The position numbers were made by a program, and so were the translations under genes. Below the pieces are notes generated by a model. The model saw only the letters and a program-made list of their open reading frames with translations. It did no database searches and had not been told where the DNA came from. A DNA stretch of 64,000 nt from Desulfosudis oleivorans (GTDB taxonomy: Bacteria; Desulfobacterota; Desulfobacteria; Desulfobacterales; SURF-7): positions 15,697 through 79,696 of the forward strand of contig DYJD01000027.1 of the NCBI GenBank assembly GCA_020723325.1, given 5' to 3'. This document shows positions 10,432 to 20,829 of this stretch, piece by piece (positions within the stretch are counted from its first letter, which is position 1; each line of letters begins with the position of its first letter).

Positions 10432-12880
10432 TTCCCTTCCGTTGCAGGTCTTTTAGTTTCGCGTTGTCGTCCGGGTCGCTGGTATAAATCCAGTAGGATT
10501 CTGGGTCGGTGACCAGGCGAACAACTCCGGTTCCCATGGGTGAATGCAAAAATATTTCAGAATACCTTGGCTTCGGAGTTTTTACCGATCTCAAAATTTC
10601 CATGGTGAATGGGTCGTAGCTGATAATCTTCTCCTTGGCCGCTTCTGGGTAGTCTTCGGATTCCAGCAAAAACTTGAAGGCCGAATTGGCTTTGATTACC
10701 TGGCCTACGGATCGGAACAGGGCCAAGTCCAGGATGGATTGAAAAACACACGTAAAGCTACCCTTATATTTTCTTGCCCGGCGATACCCGGACGCCACCG
10801 CCTTGGCGATCATCACGCTTTCGGATTCGTCATCCCCCAGAAATTGGGCCGGCTCATCGAACACAAACATGCGTTTGCGATCACGGGCCGACAAATACAA
10901 TTCATTGGTGAGGAAATTGATAAGCTGTAAAGTCACCACCCGGAATAGCTCGGTTTGGGGTTTCAACTCCTCCAACTCCAGGGCCACAAAATCATCTCCT
11001 TTAATATCCAGATTGGATTTACCATTGAACCAGCGGCCGTAGACCCCCGAACTGGTATAATCCGATAAATTATAGGCTAGCTCCTCACCGAGTTTACCCA
11101 TGTCCCGTAGCATTTCAGCTTTAATGCCGAGCTTGGCCAAATATTTGTCTGCATTTCTCAAATATTCTTGCACATCATCAATTTGGCCGTCATTTCCCTT
11201 GGTTTCGTAAGTATGCCTGATGGCTGATTTAATGAGGCCCATTTGCAGTTCTACGGGCTGTTGCCTGGTCGATGAATAAATCATTTGAGCAACAACACTG
11301 GACAAAATGCCGATATCTTCCTTGATGTTGCTGACATTCCCAAATGGGTTGATGATTATCTCCGATTTTTCCGTAAAGGCGATGTATTTCCCAGCAACAA
11401 CATCACAGGTTTTCTCATACGATCGGCCAAGGTCGATTATTCGTATCCGCGCTCCAGTGGCATAATTGTTAAATAACAAATAATTTGTGAAAAACGACTT
11501 GCCGCTGCCGGTAGTGGCGGCCACCATGCAGTTATAGTTTAGAGAACGCTTGGAAAAAATATCTATGGTGGCAATCTGGCCTTTGCGACCAACCATCAAT
11601 AGACTAGGACTTCCGCCCCCAGAAAAATCTCCTTGAATCGGCAAAAACCTTGCTGCGGATTTCCCGTCCAGGATGAAATCACGATCGATCATGCTTATAT
11701 TGGTGCCTATATTGTACAGACCAAACGGCAGGGATGAATACAACAGAATTCCAAGGATACCCCGGTCTTCTTGCATTACAAAACCTTGGTTTTCCCACAA
11801 GCGCTTGGCCCGGGCGGTATTTTCTCGGGAGCTGTCCTCATCATCGCAGAACGTCCATATAATCGGCATGATCCGAACAAAAGGCGTTCTCCCTTTCTCA
11901 AGCTCTCCAGTGGCCCACATATACTCTTCCTGTTTTCGATGCAGAGACGGGGCCAGGCTGCCCACGGCTTTTTGTTGCAAAACGAAATTACATTTGCCGT
12001 GTAATTTTGCATTTAGCTTTTCGAACAAAACATTGACCGTAATTGCGAAAGGACAATTAATTTGGTTGCCGTCACCCTTCAGGCCCCAAACATCGCCGGT
12101 CAGCATGTTGGATGTCATGCAGTCAATGCTGGAGGGCAGTTTTTTGGGTGTAATACAGCGCAAATGCTTATCGCCCACGAGGACTTCATTCCATTTAACA
12201 GTTATCTTGGTCTCACTGCTCAGAATTTGCTTATTGATCGGCATGCTGTCAGCGCAAGACTCCCATTTCACCGTCCTGTCATTAAACATTTTTGATAAGA
12301 GATTGATTAGTGCTTCCGGTTCCATATATTGTGGATATAGATGCAGGCCATGTAGACATTCTTTGATATTGTCTCGCAGTTCGAGCGCCTGCATGATATT
12401 TTTCGTTTCCTGCGGAACCTTGAGGGATACAATCAGGCGGAAATTCCGCACCGGAATGTTTTGGATCTTCTTTAACCCGTGAGTGCCTTCCTGGAACATC
12501 TTCCGCGTTGCTTCGGTGATCTTTTTTACCACCGGACTTGCGTCCTGGGGCCGCATATTCTGATATTCATCCAGAATTAAATCGACGAACGGGTCCGCCC
12601 ACAGCATGAATTGCAGCACACTGCCTTCCGGGACGCCCATATTGAAAAGTCCCTCCAAATTTTCAAAGGTCTTTTCACTAGCATAGACGAGCGGATAGCA
12701 CTCCCAAATGAAACCAACGGTGTTATCGTTGTTATTATATAGCTTTTTATCCGCGTCATAGGCGATATATGGGAAATATTTCGAAGCTTGATTTCTTCTC
12801 GTCATTCTAGACAGTTCGCTTTTGCGCAGCCCACCATTTTCACCCACGAACAAACTCATCATAGAGCCTAAAATATCCAA
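10388..12880 (-). CDS. traC: VirB4-family ATPase TraC
   Basis: Walker A ATTGSGKS, IIDLGRSY, FDEP, YRRARKYKGS; probable TTG start at 12880 after a GGAGAG RBS. Confidence 0.93.
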   Translation of the reverse strand: MDILGSMMSLFVGENGGLRKSELSRMTRRNQASKYFPYIAYDADKKLYNNNDNTVGFIWECYPLVYASEKTFENLEGLFNMGVPEGSVLQFMLWADPFVDLILDEYQNMRPQDASPVVKKITEATRKMFQEGTHGLKKIQNIPVRNFRLIVSLKVPQETKNIMQALELRDNIKECLHGLHLYPQYMEPEALINLLSKMFNDRTVKWESCADSMPINKQILSSETKITVKWNEVLVGDKHLRCITPKKLPSSIDCMTSNMLTGDVWGLKGDGNQINCPFAITVNVLFEKLNAKLHGKCNFVLQQKAVGSLAPSLHRKQEEYMWATGELEKGRTPFVRIMPIIWTFCDDEDSSRENTARAKRLWENQGFVMQEDRGILGILLYSSLPFGLYNIGTNISMIDRDFILDGKSAARFLPIQGDFSGGGSPSLLMVGRKGQIATIDIFSKRSLNYNCMVAATTGSGKSFFTNYLLFNNYATGARIRIIDLGRSYEKTCDVVAGKYIAFTEKSEIIINPFGNVSNIKEDIGILSSVVAQMIYSSTRQQPVELQMGLIKSAIRHTYETKGNDGQIDDVQEYLRNADKYLAKLGIKAEMLRDMGKLGEELAYNLSDYTSSGVYGRWFNGKSNLDIKGDDFVALELEELKPQTELFRVVTLQLINFLTNELYLSARDRKRMFVFDEPAQFLGDDESESVMIAKAVASGYRRARKYKGSFTCVFQSILDLALFRSVGQVIKANSAFKFLLESEDYPEAAKEKIISYDPFTMEILRSVKTPKPRYSEIFLHSPMGTGVVRLVTDPESYWIYTSDPDDNAKLKDLQRKGIGYDKACEILAGTH

Positions 12881-12896
12881 GTTCTCTCCCTCTCTT

Positions 12897-13340
12897 TTAT
12901 TCCTGATCCAAAATGAACTTTGGCTCGCCAACCATGAAATACACAAATCGATTGCCGAACAAGACCTTGCCGTTGTCGTCCGGATAATAAATTATCAGGG
13001 TCCTGACGGTCTTAGGGGGAACCAGCAAGGGAGTTTTGTCTTTGCTGTCGAGGAGTTGAGCATAGGTTTCATACAGCCGGTCCTTGTAGTGGTAGTCCAC
13101 GTCCTGTTTTTTCTTAGCGTATTCATTTTTATTCTTTTTACAGTCCGGGCCTATGCATTTCTTTTTTTTAATGACCAGTTCGTTTTCATGGTCGAGGCTC
13201 TCTTGATATGCTTCGTCCATGTCCGCACATTTTCCTACTGGTACGTCCGGACACATGAATTCAGACTCATACGGGTTGAAAATTTTGGAACATCCCATAA
13301 ACAAAAAAACAGTTATGATTAGTAATAGCTTACGCACCAT
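12897..13340 (-). CDS. traV: TraV lipoprotein
   Basis: Lipobox FMGC, NPYESEFMCP..GKC, PLLVPPKTVRTLI. Confidence 0.85.
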   Translation of the reverse strand: MVRKLLLIITVFLFMGCSKIFNPYESEFMCPDVPVGKCADMDEAYQESLDHENELVIKKKKCIGPDCKKNKNEYAKKKQDVDYHYKDRLYETYAQLLDSKDKTPLLVPPKTVRTLIIYYPDDNGKVLFGNRFVYFMVGEPKFILDQE

Positions 13341-14604
13341 TCAGCCCACCTCCCCCACTGTTCGTCGGTTCGATTTTCAACTCCAGGCCCTTTTTGATGA
13401 CGATGTGGATTTCTTTGGTCGGCCCAACTTCAATAACCGGCAGGGTCTGTTGAGCCAAGTCCAGGTAAAATTTTTGCAATTCCTTTGCCGTGCTTTGTAG
13501 GCCTTTGCCGACGGATAGCTTTAAAATACTCTCCGTATCATCTTTCATTGTTCTTTGAACAACGCCGGTTGCCGGCGAGAACTGCTCGGTATATGAGCTT
13601 TTCTCCACACCCTCGGCCGCCCCGCCGAGAAGTCCGGCCAGGCCCACCCGAGCCAAATGGGTGCCCATTTTGGCCACCACCCTGCCCTTCAGATCCACTT
13701 GGCCGTCTGCGTCCACCACAAACCCGTTGACCTCTTGATCGATTATGCTTTGGCCTTTTTTGCCCACGCACGCCAGGTTGACCAGGCGTGTGTCCACCCG
13801 GTGGGTCTGAAGATTGCCAACCCCCTCGGCGATCACGAAACAACCCTTCAAGTCCGCTTTTAAACGGTTGGGCAGGACCGCAAGGTTATCAATTTTAATT
13901 AACATAGGCACCGGGTTTTTTTTCCCGGCCATGGATGCCGGGGCTTGAACCCCCGATAATAAGGTTCCGCGCATGTAGCACGGTGGCAGCCGGATGGTTT
14001 CCGGCTTTTTTTTTTCAGCGCCCTCGCTTTTTGCTTTGTTGGTAACTACTTCCACACCACCTACCATGGCAAACTTTTTTGGTTTGGCCTGGGTTGGGGG
14101 TGAAGTTGGAAAGAGATTTTTGGTGTCGCCGGCGGGTTTGATTGGTAATGATTGTGCCGGCATTGCCGGCGGTTCGGGAAATTTTTGATTGGGTTTGACT
14201 TCTGGTTTTTCATCCAATTCAATATTGGACACAATCTCGCTGATCACTGTTTTCTCTTCTTTAGGCGGCCCCTTTTCTTCAGGCGATCCAGGCAACCGGT
14301 TTCTCATTTCCTCTGAGGATTTCCGCTTGAATTCGGCTAAATCATCTTTGATTTTCTTCAGCTCATTGTACATTTCCTCTTCTTGCTTCCTGATCTTTTT
14401 TTCTGTCTGCACATACAACCCTTTTTCCAGTTGCTGGGAATCAAGGGTCATTTTAAGTTTTTCTTCTTTTTTTTGTACAACTTCAGTCTTGCCCCGTCCG
14501 GACGCGATATACGCAAGATACCCGACAACAACTAAACATAACAAAGCTAATAGATATACAACCTTCTTGCGTTTGGTCGCGGATAAATTATCCCATAGTT
14601 CCAT
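13330..14604 (-). CDS. traB: TraB (VirB10-like)
   Basis: N-terminal TM, coiled coil, Pro-rich linker, LPN..DLKGCFV..LACV..GFVVD.DG..LKGRVV. Confidence 0.92.
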   Translation of the reverse strand: MELWDNLSATKRKKVVYLLALLCLVVVGYLAYIASGRGKTEVVQKKEEKLKMTLDSQQLEKGLYVQTEKKIRKQEEEMYNELKKIKDDLAEFKRKSSEEMRNRLPGSPEEKGPPKEEKTVISEIVSNIELDEKPEVKPNQKFPEPPAMPAQSLPIKPAGDTKNLFPTSPPTQAKPKKFAMVGGVEVVTNKAKSEGAEKKKPETIRLPPCYMRGTLLSGVQAPASMAGKKNPVPMLIKIDNLAVLPNRLKADLKGCFVIAEGVGNLQTHRVDTRLVNLACVGKKGQSIIDQEVNGFVVDADGQVDLKGRVVAKMGTHLARVGLAGLLGGAAEGVEKSSYTEQFSPATGVVQRTMKDDTESILKLSVGKGLQSTAKELQKFYLDLAQQTLPVIEVGPTKEIHIVIKKGLELKIEPTNSGGGGLNGA

Positions 14605-15355
14605 GGTTCACCCTTTCTACAATGAATAACCTGGTTTTTTGTTTTTTAGTAACCACAAAATCCTCTATGGTTATTCCAATCGGTTTATCGGTGACTTCCG
14701 GGATGAGAAAGAATTTTTCCTGTAATTCAACCTTCTCCAACGGAGAGGTATTCTTCATTGCGATTACGAATTCTTTCAAAATAAGGCCGGTTCCTTCTGC
14801 TTCGATTGTCTTTCTGTGATACAAGATCAGGTCCTGGTGGGTCTCGATGGATTTACCAATCTTTGTCTGACTAAATGTGCTCGGAAGGCTTTCTTCCATG
14901 GCAGCCTGGGTCATTTTTACAATGGACTTTTCAATGGGTAGGCCTTCGAAAAATTTTAGATTTTCTTCAATTTTTTCACTACCCCATTGTAATAGGATGG
15001 TTTGGCCGTCAGTGGCCCTGGGAATGCCGATGATCGGGTACACCAAATTATCCACCACTACGAAGCACTTGATCGGCTCCGTCATGAAAGTGGTTTCTCC
15101 GGTGTCCTGGTCCACCTTTCGCAAAAAAGTAAGGAATGCATCGCTACCCCGGATCTCGACAGATACGCCGGCATCCTTTGGTATTACAACATCTTTGATT
15201 TGTTTGCCTTGGGGAGCTTTGATCCAGTTCGGATTTTTGTTACTAAGGTCACATTTGGTTACAATCTCAGGCAGTGCTGAAACCTCAAGCTCGGCTGAAT
15301 ATACAAATGAAGCAATAAAAACCAAACCAGCTATATAAACTATTGTGCGTTTCAT
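14588..15355 (-). CDS. traK: TraK (VirB9-like secretin partner)
   Basis: Signal peptide, LSNKNPNWI, position between traE and traB. Confidence 0.8.
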   Translation of the reverse strand: MKRTIVYIAGLVFIASFVYSAELEVSALPEIVTKCDLSNKNPNWIKAPQGKQIKDVVIPKDAGVSVEIRGSDAFLTFLRKVDQDTGETTFMTEPIKCFVVVDNLVYPIIGIPRATDGQTILLQWGSEKIEENLKFFEGLPIEKSIVKMTQAAMEESLPSTFSQTKIGKSIETHQDLILYHRKTIEAEGTGLILKEFVIAMKNTSPLEKVELQEKFFLIPEVTDKPIGITIEDFVVTKKQKTRLFIVERVNHGTMG

Positions 15356-15921
15356 CTTTTACCTTCTTCTTTCATTTCTGTAATATTCCTCACAAAGAAC
15401 TTTCGATTCATGAACTCATAGGTAATTATGTATCTTTTGATTTTATCTTCCATTGGGTTGTTGTGGGTGAACTGTTTCCGCAGCCCGCTTAATTCTACGG
15501 TTTTTTTGTTCGGGTCCACTTCAATTGTCTGTGGATAAAACACCGAGCTGACCGAAAGATTTTCGATATTATCCGCGATCTTCGTAAGTTGATCGTTCAA
15601 CTCCGGATAAAACTCTGGGTGCGCATATGCCAGCAGTTCCTGGAATTGCGCCTTGGCCGTCCTGGGTTGGTAATTCAATAATAGGCCGCAAATATGCCGT
15701 GTCATGACTTTGTAATATTCCGCGTTGGCGGTGTTGCCCTGGAATTCGAGCTGGAAATCATTCGATATCGGCAAAACAATGGTGCGTTGGTAGTTTAGGG
15801 CGGCTTTTGCTGCCCACATCGAGTACATCTGGCCCAACATTAATACTATGATCACAAATTTCAGCAGCCTGTTCTCCGCAAACAGGTTGGATGATTTTTG
15901 TAAGAACATATCCATTTTCAT
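15352..15921 (-). CDS. traE: TraE
   Basis: ENRLLKF-TM-RTIVLP...LNYQP...SSVFYP; follows traL. Confidence 0.88.
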   Translation of the reverse strand: MKMDMFLQKSSNLFAENRLLKFVIIVLMLGQMYSMWAAKAALNYQRTIVLPISNDFQLEFQGNTANAEYYKVMTRHICGLLLNYQPRTAKAQFQELLAYAHPEFYPELNDQLTKIADNIENLSVSSVFYPQTIEVDPNKKTVELSGLRKQFTHNNPMEDKIKRYIITYEFMNRKFFVRNITEMKEEGKR

Positions 15922-16190
15922 TCAGTGAATTCCTTCTCAAAGGACGCGGGATACATCTGAATATTTTGCAATCCCATAAAGTAAAGTAAATGTTTTAAAA
16001 ATCCCCTGGGATACTCGTTTTTGACAAACCGGTATCCATACGGACCGATAAACAACATGAAAAATAAAAGCCAACTCCAAAAAAGAATCAGCAAGATGAA
16101 AAATATTAGTATTATTGCGCATTCATCACTCTCGAACCAAGCTATCGACCATGGCGACGATAAATACTGAGGTACATTTATTCTTTCCAT
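15918..16190 (-). CDS. traL: TraL
   Basis: VPQYLSSP..IAWFESDE...YPRGFLKHLLYFMG..YP. Confidence 0.9.
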   Translation of the reverse strand: MERINVPQYLSSPWSIAWFESDECAIILIFFILLILFWSWLLFFMLFIGPYGYRFVKNEYPRGFLKHLLYFMGLQNIQMYPASFEKEFTE

Positions 16191-16248
16191 TCATAAGGCC
16201 TTTTTGTTTTGGGGGGATGATCTCCCCCCACATAGTGACAAAAAAATA

Positions 16249-16566
16249 TCAACAAATTAGCCCCATTGAGGTTACAATGGTGTCCGCCTTAAGTAGCGCG
16301 GCCCCCGACAAAGTTGTGAAAACTCCAGGGACAATCATTTGTCGTACGACCAAAATGATACCAACGACCAGAACAGCTATGCCGGCCATAAAACCAATCG
16401 CACCCTTCAAGATGCTGTTCACACCTATGTCATAAATATCATACGCAAAACTGCCAGCCGCCGGCGCAACCATCGCAAAGCTCTGGGGAGTGGTTGCAAC
16501 GAAAAGTAACACCATGATTGCGAAAATACGATAATAGCGATTTGTTTTCGTATCGAATTTACTCAT
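16249..16566 (-). CDS. traA: Conjugative pilin (TraA-like)
   Basis: Signal peptide plus two hydrophobic helices, 105 aa, directly upstream of traL. Confidence 0.75.
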   Translation of the reverse strand: MSKFDTKTNRYYRIFAIMVLLFVATTPQSFAMVAPAAGSFAYDIYDIGVNSILKGAIGFMAGIAVLVVGIILVVRQMIVPGVFTTLSGAALLKADTIVTSMGLIC

Positions 16567-16595
16567 TTTTTTATTTCTCCTTATGCCACTTTGTG

Positions 16596-16814
16596 TTAAC
16601 GGTTGATGGGTATATATTTATCGGGGCAGAGATTCCTTTTCGGTGGTGCAAGGGTATGCGCCGCCGCAATGATGAAGCTCCCCCGAATATCCTGGTTTAT
16701 TTGTTTTGAGTGTTTAGATAGGTTGAGATTGCTTTGAGACATGGGTTTTTCTGTGGCTGTTTTGCAACCCATTAATACGAGAATAAAAATCACCATAGGG
16801 ATGGATGTTTTCAT
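16596..16814 (-). CDS. Small hypothetical lipoprotein at the head of the tra operon
   Basis: MK + hydrophobic stretch + LMGC lipobox; AGAAGGA upstream. Confidence 0.45.
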   Translation of the reverse strand: MKTSIPMVIFILVLMGCKTATEKPMSQSNLNLSKHSKQINQDIRGSFIIAAAHTLAPPKRNLCPDKYIPINR

Positions 16815-17148
16815 AGAATTATGATAATCCTTCTCGAAAATTAGAATTTAGTTATTCGAAATATTATTATACAAATCGCCTAAAGTTTGAGGAATTATGG
16901 CGATTTTTGGATATGGCTATTGATAGCCACTTGAAATTTCAATAAATTTTATTTAAATATTTAATAGTGAGGAAATATATTTTTTTTATTAAAAAATACT
17001 GACAGGATGTATTAAATGTTAAATACAGACAAGATTTTTCAAAAAACCAATGAGCTTTATTTAGATAAAAAAAATCCTTGTGTCAAGCATAATTTTAAAA
17101 AAATATTCGGATTATATTCGAATTATAAACATTGTTTACAGGTAAAAC

Positions 17149-18144
17149 ATGTCGTACACATTCGAATACAGTATTTTAAATAAATATAAAGAACTTATAG
17201 ACGATTTTTTGGACCGGCATCTTGTCGATAAAACGATGTTGTTCCTGTGTAAGGCTCTCAAACTTAATCCGGCAGCAATTACTAGTCAAAAAACCGGTCG
17301 AAGACCCTTATCTCCACACACCTTGAAAGCACTCCTGAAAAACGATCTAATTAAATTCCGAGAATTATTTGGCAATCGCACCTGGGCGGAAATTCCAGAT
17401 GAAGATAAAAACGTGCTGATCCCTCTCGCGATTCCGGAAAATGTTCTATTCGCAATCGGAGAAGCACTTTTTGAGCATGGAGAAATATCTTTGCAGAATA
17501 TGGAAAATATTTTAGAACTTATTAAACATGAGATAGAACCGATCGAAGTTCGTTATATCGGTTCCAAAAATAAGATTGCAAAAATACAAGAAATTGCTGA
17601 ATTGGAAGGTTTGAAAAATTTATCAAAAAACCCTTTTTGGACCACTCAACAAAAACAACTACCGTCAGTTTGCACTCTCATTATAAAGACTCGGAAAATA
17701 AAGGGTATGACACAAAAAGATCTAGCAAAGAAAGCCGGAATAATACCGTATTACCTTTCTGAGATCGAAACCGGACGCCGGGAGCTTACTTATAAAATGG
17801 CTCGCAGGATAGCTTCTGCTTTAGAGCTTGATGTTAATGAACTTCTTGGTGTAGATAAAGAATCGCACATTTCAGCCTCTAACAAAAACTCGATCTCATC
17901 AGGCCTGAAAGCTTTACTCGATAAGCAAACTCAGGATAAACAACTACCGCCAGTTTGCGCTCTCATTATAAAGACTCGAAAAAAAAAGGGTATGACACAA
18001 AAAGATCTAGCAAATAAAGCCGGAATGATCCCGGGCTACCTTTCTGAAATCGAAACCGGACGCCGGGAGCTGTCTAATAAAATGGCTCGCAGGATAGCTT
18101 CTGCTTTAGAGCTTGATGTCAATAAGCTTCTTAACTTAGTTTAA
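17149..18144 (+). CDS. Transcriptional regulator with two tandem XRE HTH domains
   Basis: Two copies of RKxKGMTQKDLAxKAG..YLSEIETGRREL..MARRIASAL; divergent from the tra operon. Confidence 0.85.
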   Translation: MSYTFEYSILNKYKELIDDFLDRHLVDKTMLFLCKALKLNPAAITSQKTGRRPLSPHTLKALLKNDLIKFRELFGNRTWAEIPDEDKNVLIPLAIPENVLFAIGEALFEHGEISLQNMENILELIKHEIEPIEVRYIGSKNKIAKIQEIAELEGLKNLSKNPFWTTQQKQLPSVCTLIIKTRKIKGMTQKDLAKKAGIIPYYLSEIETGRRELTYKMARRIASALELDVNELLGVDKESHISASNKNSISSGLKALLDKQTQDKQLPPVCALIIKTRKKKGMTQKDLANKAGMIPGYLSEIETGRRELSNKMARRIASALELDVNKLLNLV

Positions 18145-18274
18145 AAATAGTCGGGCACTCAAAAAAAATATTTTTTGAGTGGATTTGAAAAACGCATTTT
18201 ATTAAACTCCGACATAGTTTGCGGGCCGCTGCAAATAGGTTTTGCCCTAAAAACCTATTTGCTCGTTTCCATGA

Positions 18275-19717
18275 CTATAATGTCTCGGACTCTTTATAAA
18301 ACAACTCTACAAATATTGCTCGCATCGCATTTTCAAACATCAGACCAGTACGACGGGCCTTTGCTGCGACTGGTAAACTTGAATGACATTTTTTAAAAGC
18401 CTCGCCTTCTCGGTCCTGCATCATCTCTGCAAATTTTAAATCAATATCTGCGTCTCGCTCAGCTTTTTTAATTTCATTCAACTGCTTAGCTCTTTCCTGT
18501 TTTTCTCTTAGTCTCTTTTCAGCTCTTTCCAAAGCCTTTTCTTCAAACGATTTATAGCCTGCCGGCTTATCGTAATATCTGTGCTTTTTTAAAATAGCAT
18601 ACAACCAGTCAAGCACATTTTTTATCGGCTGCCCTTTTTTATCTCTCTCTCCCTTCTCAATCATGTCAAATGCACAATGACATAAAGATTCCAGCATATC
18701 TTCATCCGAAATTTTTAGTTCAGCCATCCACGATTCAATTTTTTGAATCTTCAATTTATCGTTCCAGTATGCGAGGTCAGGGTTTTTTTGTAATGCGTCG
18801 CTTAGTAAGTTAGTTTCTTTTAAAAACTTACTACTAACTATTATAGAGGGATCAATTCGGTGATTTGGTGATTCGGTTATTCGGTTATCTGCTCGGTTAC
18901 CCGGTGATTCGGTTATTCGGTTATCTGCTCGGTTATTCGGTGATTCGGTTATTCGGTTAAAAAATAGATTTGGTTTTAATTTTTTTTGATCGTCATTACT
19001 GACTGGAGTATAACCAAACAGGGGAAAACATCTATCTGTGTCAACAATACAAGTTGTCATTTTGTTTGGACTGCTATTTATTGAAAATCGTTGTAATATA
19101 TATCCTTTTTTTATTAAACTTAATGTACGGCTTCGAACATTATCAACAGATACTGGTGGATAAAGTAAATCCCCTATTCCATCTTTTTTTTCACTATCAA
19201 CCTTATATGGTCTATTAAAATAGAGAGCATGTAGCAATTCATATTGTGCTTTGTTAAGGTCGGATGGTTTTTTTGTATAATCTATGGGCGGTAAATTGAA
19301 TTGTTTATAGGTGTTTTGGATATCCGGCGATTCGGTTATCCGGTTATCCGGGTATTCGGTTATTCGGCTATCTGCTCGGTTATCCGGTGATTCGGTTATT
19401 CGGTTATCTGCTCGGTTATTCGGTGATTCGGTTATCCGATTATCCGGGTATTCGGTTATTCGGATAGAGGATTCGGTTATCTGCTCGGTTATCCGGTTAG
19501 AGGATTCGGTGATTCGGTTATCCGGGTATTCGGTTATTCGGTTATTCGGTGGGCCAGTAATAATGCTTTTCTTTGCAACTAAACGATTTCGATCTGATAA
19601 ACCCAATGGTTTATTGGGTGCAGAAAATGATTCTATTAATTCTTTCTCCTTTTGTCGCTCTTCAGGATTATGATTTTGCTTTCTTGAATTTTTCAATCTT
19701 TCTGCGAGTCCTGTCAT
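18275..19717 (-). CDS. Putative replication initiator (central wHTH-like region) with internal iteron-like repeats
   Basis: Downstream of parA; NRITESP/NRAD peptide repeats encoded by ATAACCGA repeats; C-terminal coiled coil. Confidence 0.55.
   Translation of the reverse strand: MTGLAERLKNSRKQNHNPEERQKEKELIESFSAPNKPLGLSDRNRLVAKKSIITGPPNNRITEYPDNRITESSNRITEQITESSIRITEYPDNRITESPNNRADNRITESPDNRADSRITEYPDNRITESPDIQNTYKQFNLPPIDYTKKPSDLNKAQYELLHALYFNRPYKVDSEKKDGIGDLLYPPVSVDNVRSRTLSLIKKGYILQRFSINSSPNKMTTCIVDTDRCFPLFGYTPVSNDDQKKLKPNLFFNRITESPNNRADNRITESPGNRADNRITESPNHRIDPSIIVSSKFLKETNLLSDALQKNPDLAYWNDKLKIQKIESWMAELKISDEDMLESLCHCAFDMIEKGERDKKGQPIKNVLDWLYAILKKHRYYDKPAGYKSFEEKALERAEKRLREKQERAKQLNEIKKAERDADIDLKFAEMMQDREGEAFKKCHSSLPVAAKARRTGLMFENAMRAIFVELFYKESETL
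18855..18959. repeat. Iteron-like (A)TTCGGTTAT / ATAACCGAA repeat cluster 1
   Basis: Tandem TTCGGTTAT, TCGGTGAT and ATCTGCTCGG units. Confidence 0.9.
19321..19550. repeat. Iteron-like repeat cluster 2 (larger)
   Basis: About 230 bp of the same CGGTTAT-based units. Confidence 0.9.
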
Positions 19718-19739
19718 GTCAGCACCAAACTATACTATT

Positions 19740-20528
19740 TTAAAAGAATGTTAAAAATTCAGTTGCAAGATTTCGAAAAGATTGTGCTCCTTTTGATTTT
19801 TGAGCGAATGAAAAAATTGTTTGACCTTTAACAAATTCAACACTTTCAAAAAGAGAGCTGGTCGGTATTGAATTTTTAAAAACATTATTTGCACCGAAAC
19901 GTTCAATTGCATCATCAATTACAGCTTGATGGGCTGATTTACGTTTATCTACCTTATTTATTAATATTTTTAAAAACCTTAAATCTGGATTTTTATCTTT
20001 TTTTACGCTGTCCATCAGGTCTAATACCCCTTTTATACCCTCAAGGCTATTTCCTGAGCCTGCGTCCATTGGAATCATAACAAAGTCCGCAGCATATAAT
20101 GCGTTATTTACAAATAGGGAAAGAGTGGGGGGGCAATCGATAAAGATAAAATCATAATTATTGACTACGTATTCGCGGACCGCTTTTCGAAGATAAAGGT
20201 TGCTGTTAGGATAGTTTTGGGCTAACGGAATTTCGAGGCCTGATGTTTCGCTAATATTGGGAAGAATAAAAAGATTCTTATGAATGGTTCGATAAATACA
20301 ATCCTTAATTTCTACAGGTCTGGTTTCTTCAGGATTTAGTAAATGGTATAAACAGCCCTCGATTCTTGCATCAGGTGGTAAGACGGCTCTTGTGCTATCA
20401 GCCTGGGGATCATTATCTATTATTAATGTTTTTTTATTTTTATACGAAAGGGCGGCTGAAAGATTCACCGTAAAGGTCGTTTTACCAACACCGCCTTTAT
20501 AATTAGAGACAGCTCCGATCAGCCCCAT
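19740..20528 (-). CDS. parA: ParA/Soj family ATPase
   Basis: KGGVGKTT, DNDPQA, YDFIFIDCPP. Confidence 0.93.
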   Translation of the reverse strand: MGLIGAVSNYKGGVGKTTFTVNLSAALSYKNKKTLIIDNDPQADSTRAVLPPDARIEGCLYHLLNPEETRPVEIKDCIYRTIHKNLFILPNISETSGLEIPLAQNYPNSNLYLRKAVREYVVNNYDFIFIDCPPTLSLFVNNALYAADFVMIPMDAGSGNSLEGIKGVLDLMDSVKKDKNPDLRFLKILINKVDKRKSAHQAVIDDAIERFGANNVFKNSIPTSSLFESVEFVKGQTIFSFAQKSKGAQSFRNLATEFLTFF

Positions 20529-20753
20529 TATTATATCCTTTTTGTTCTGAGGTTATTATTTTTGATTCTACCGATACAATATAACTATATGTATGTCAAT
20601 AAATTTTTGCCTTTGATATGTCCTTATTGTATCTTTTTTAACTCTCTAATCTATATATTGAAGAATAATATTTTTAAATTTTAACATATATAACTTGCTT
20701 ATTTTATAGCCTTCCAATTCAAGTCTATGTAAAGCGTTGGGCGAGCCTTTATA

Positions 20754-20820
20754 GATAACCGAATCACCGGATAACCGGATAACCGGATAACCGGATAACC
20801 GGATAACCGGATAACCGAAA
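20754..20820 (+). repeat. Octamer tandem array (CCGGATAA)x6, iteron- or centromere-like
   Basis: Six perfect copies at 20767-20814; same ATAACCG core as the repeats in the rep gene. Confidence 0.9.
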
Positions 20821-20829
20821 AGTAAACTC

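Noticed and set aside
19311-19673. ORFs with SVIRLSG repeats (also 24276-24608 and 20646-20837)
   Set aside because: Antisense shadows of the ATAACCG repeats
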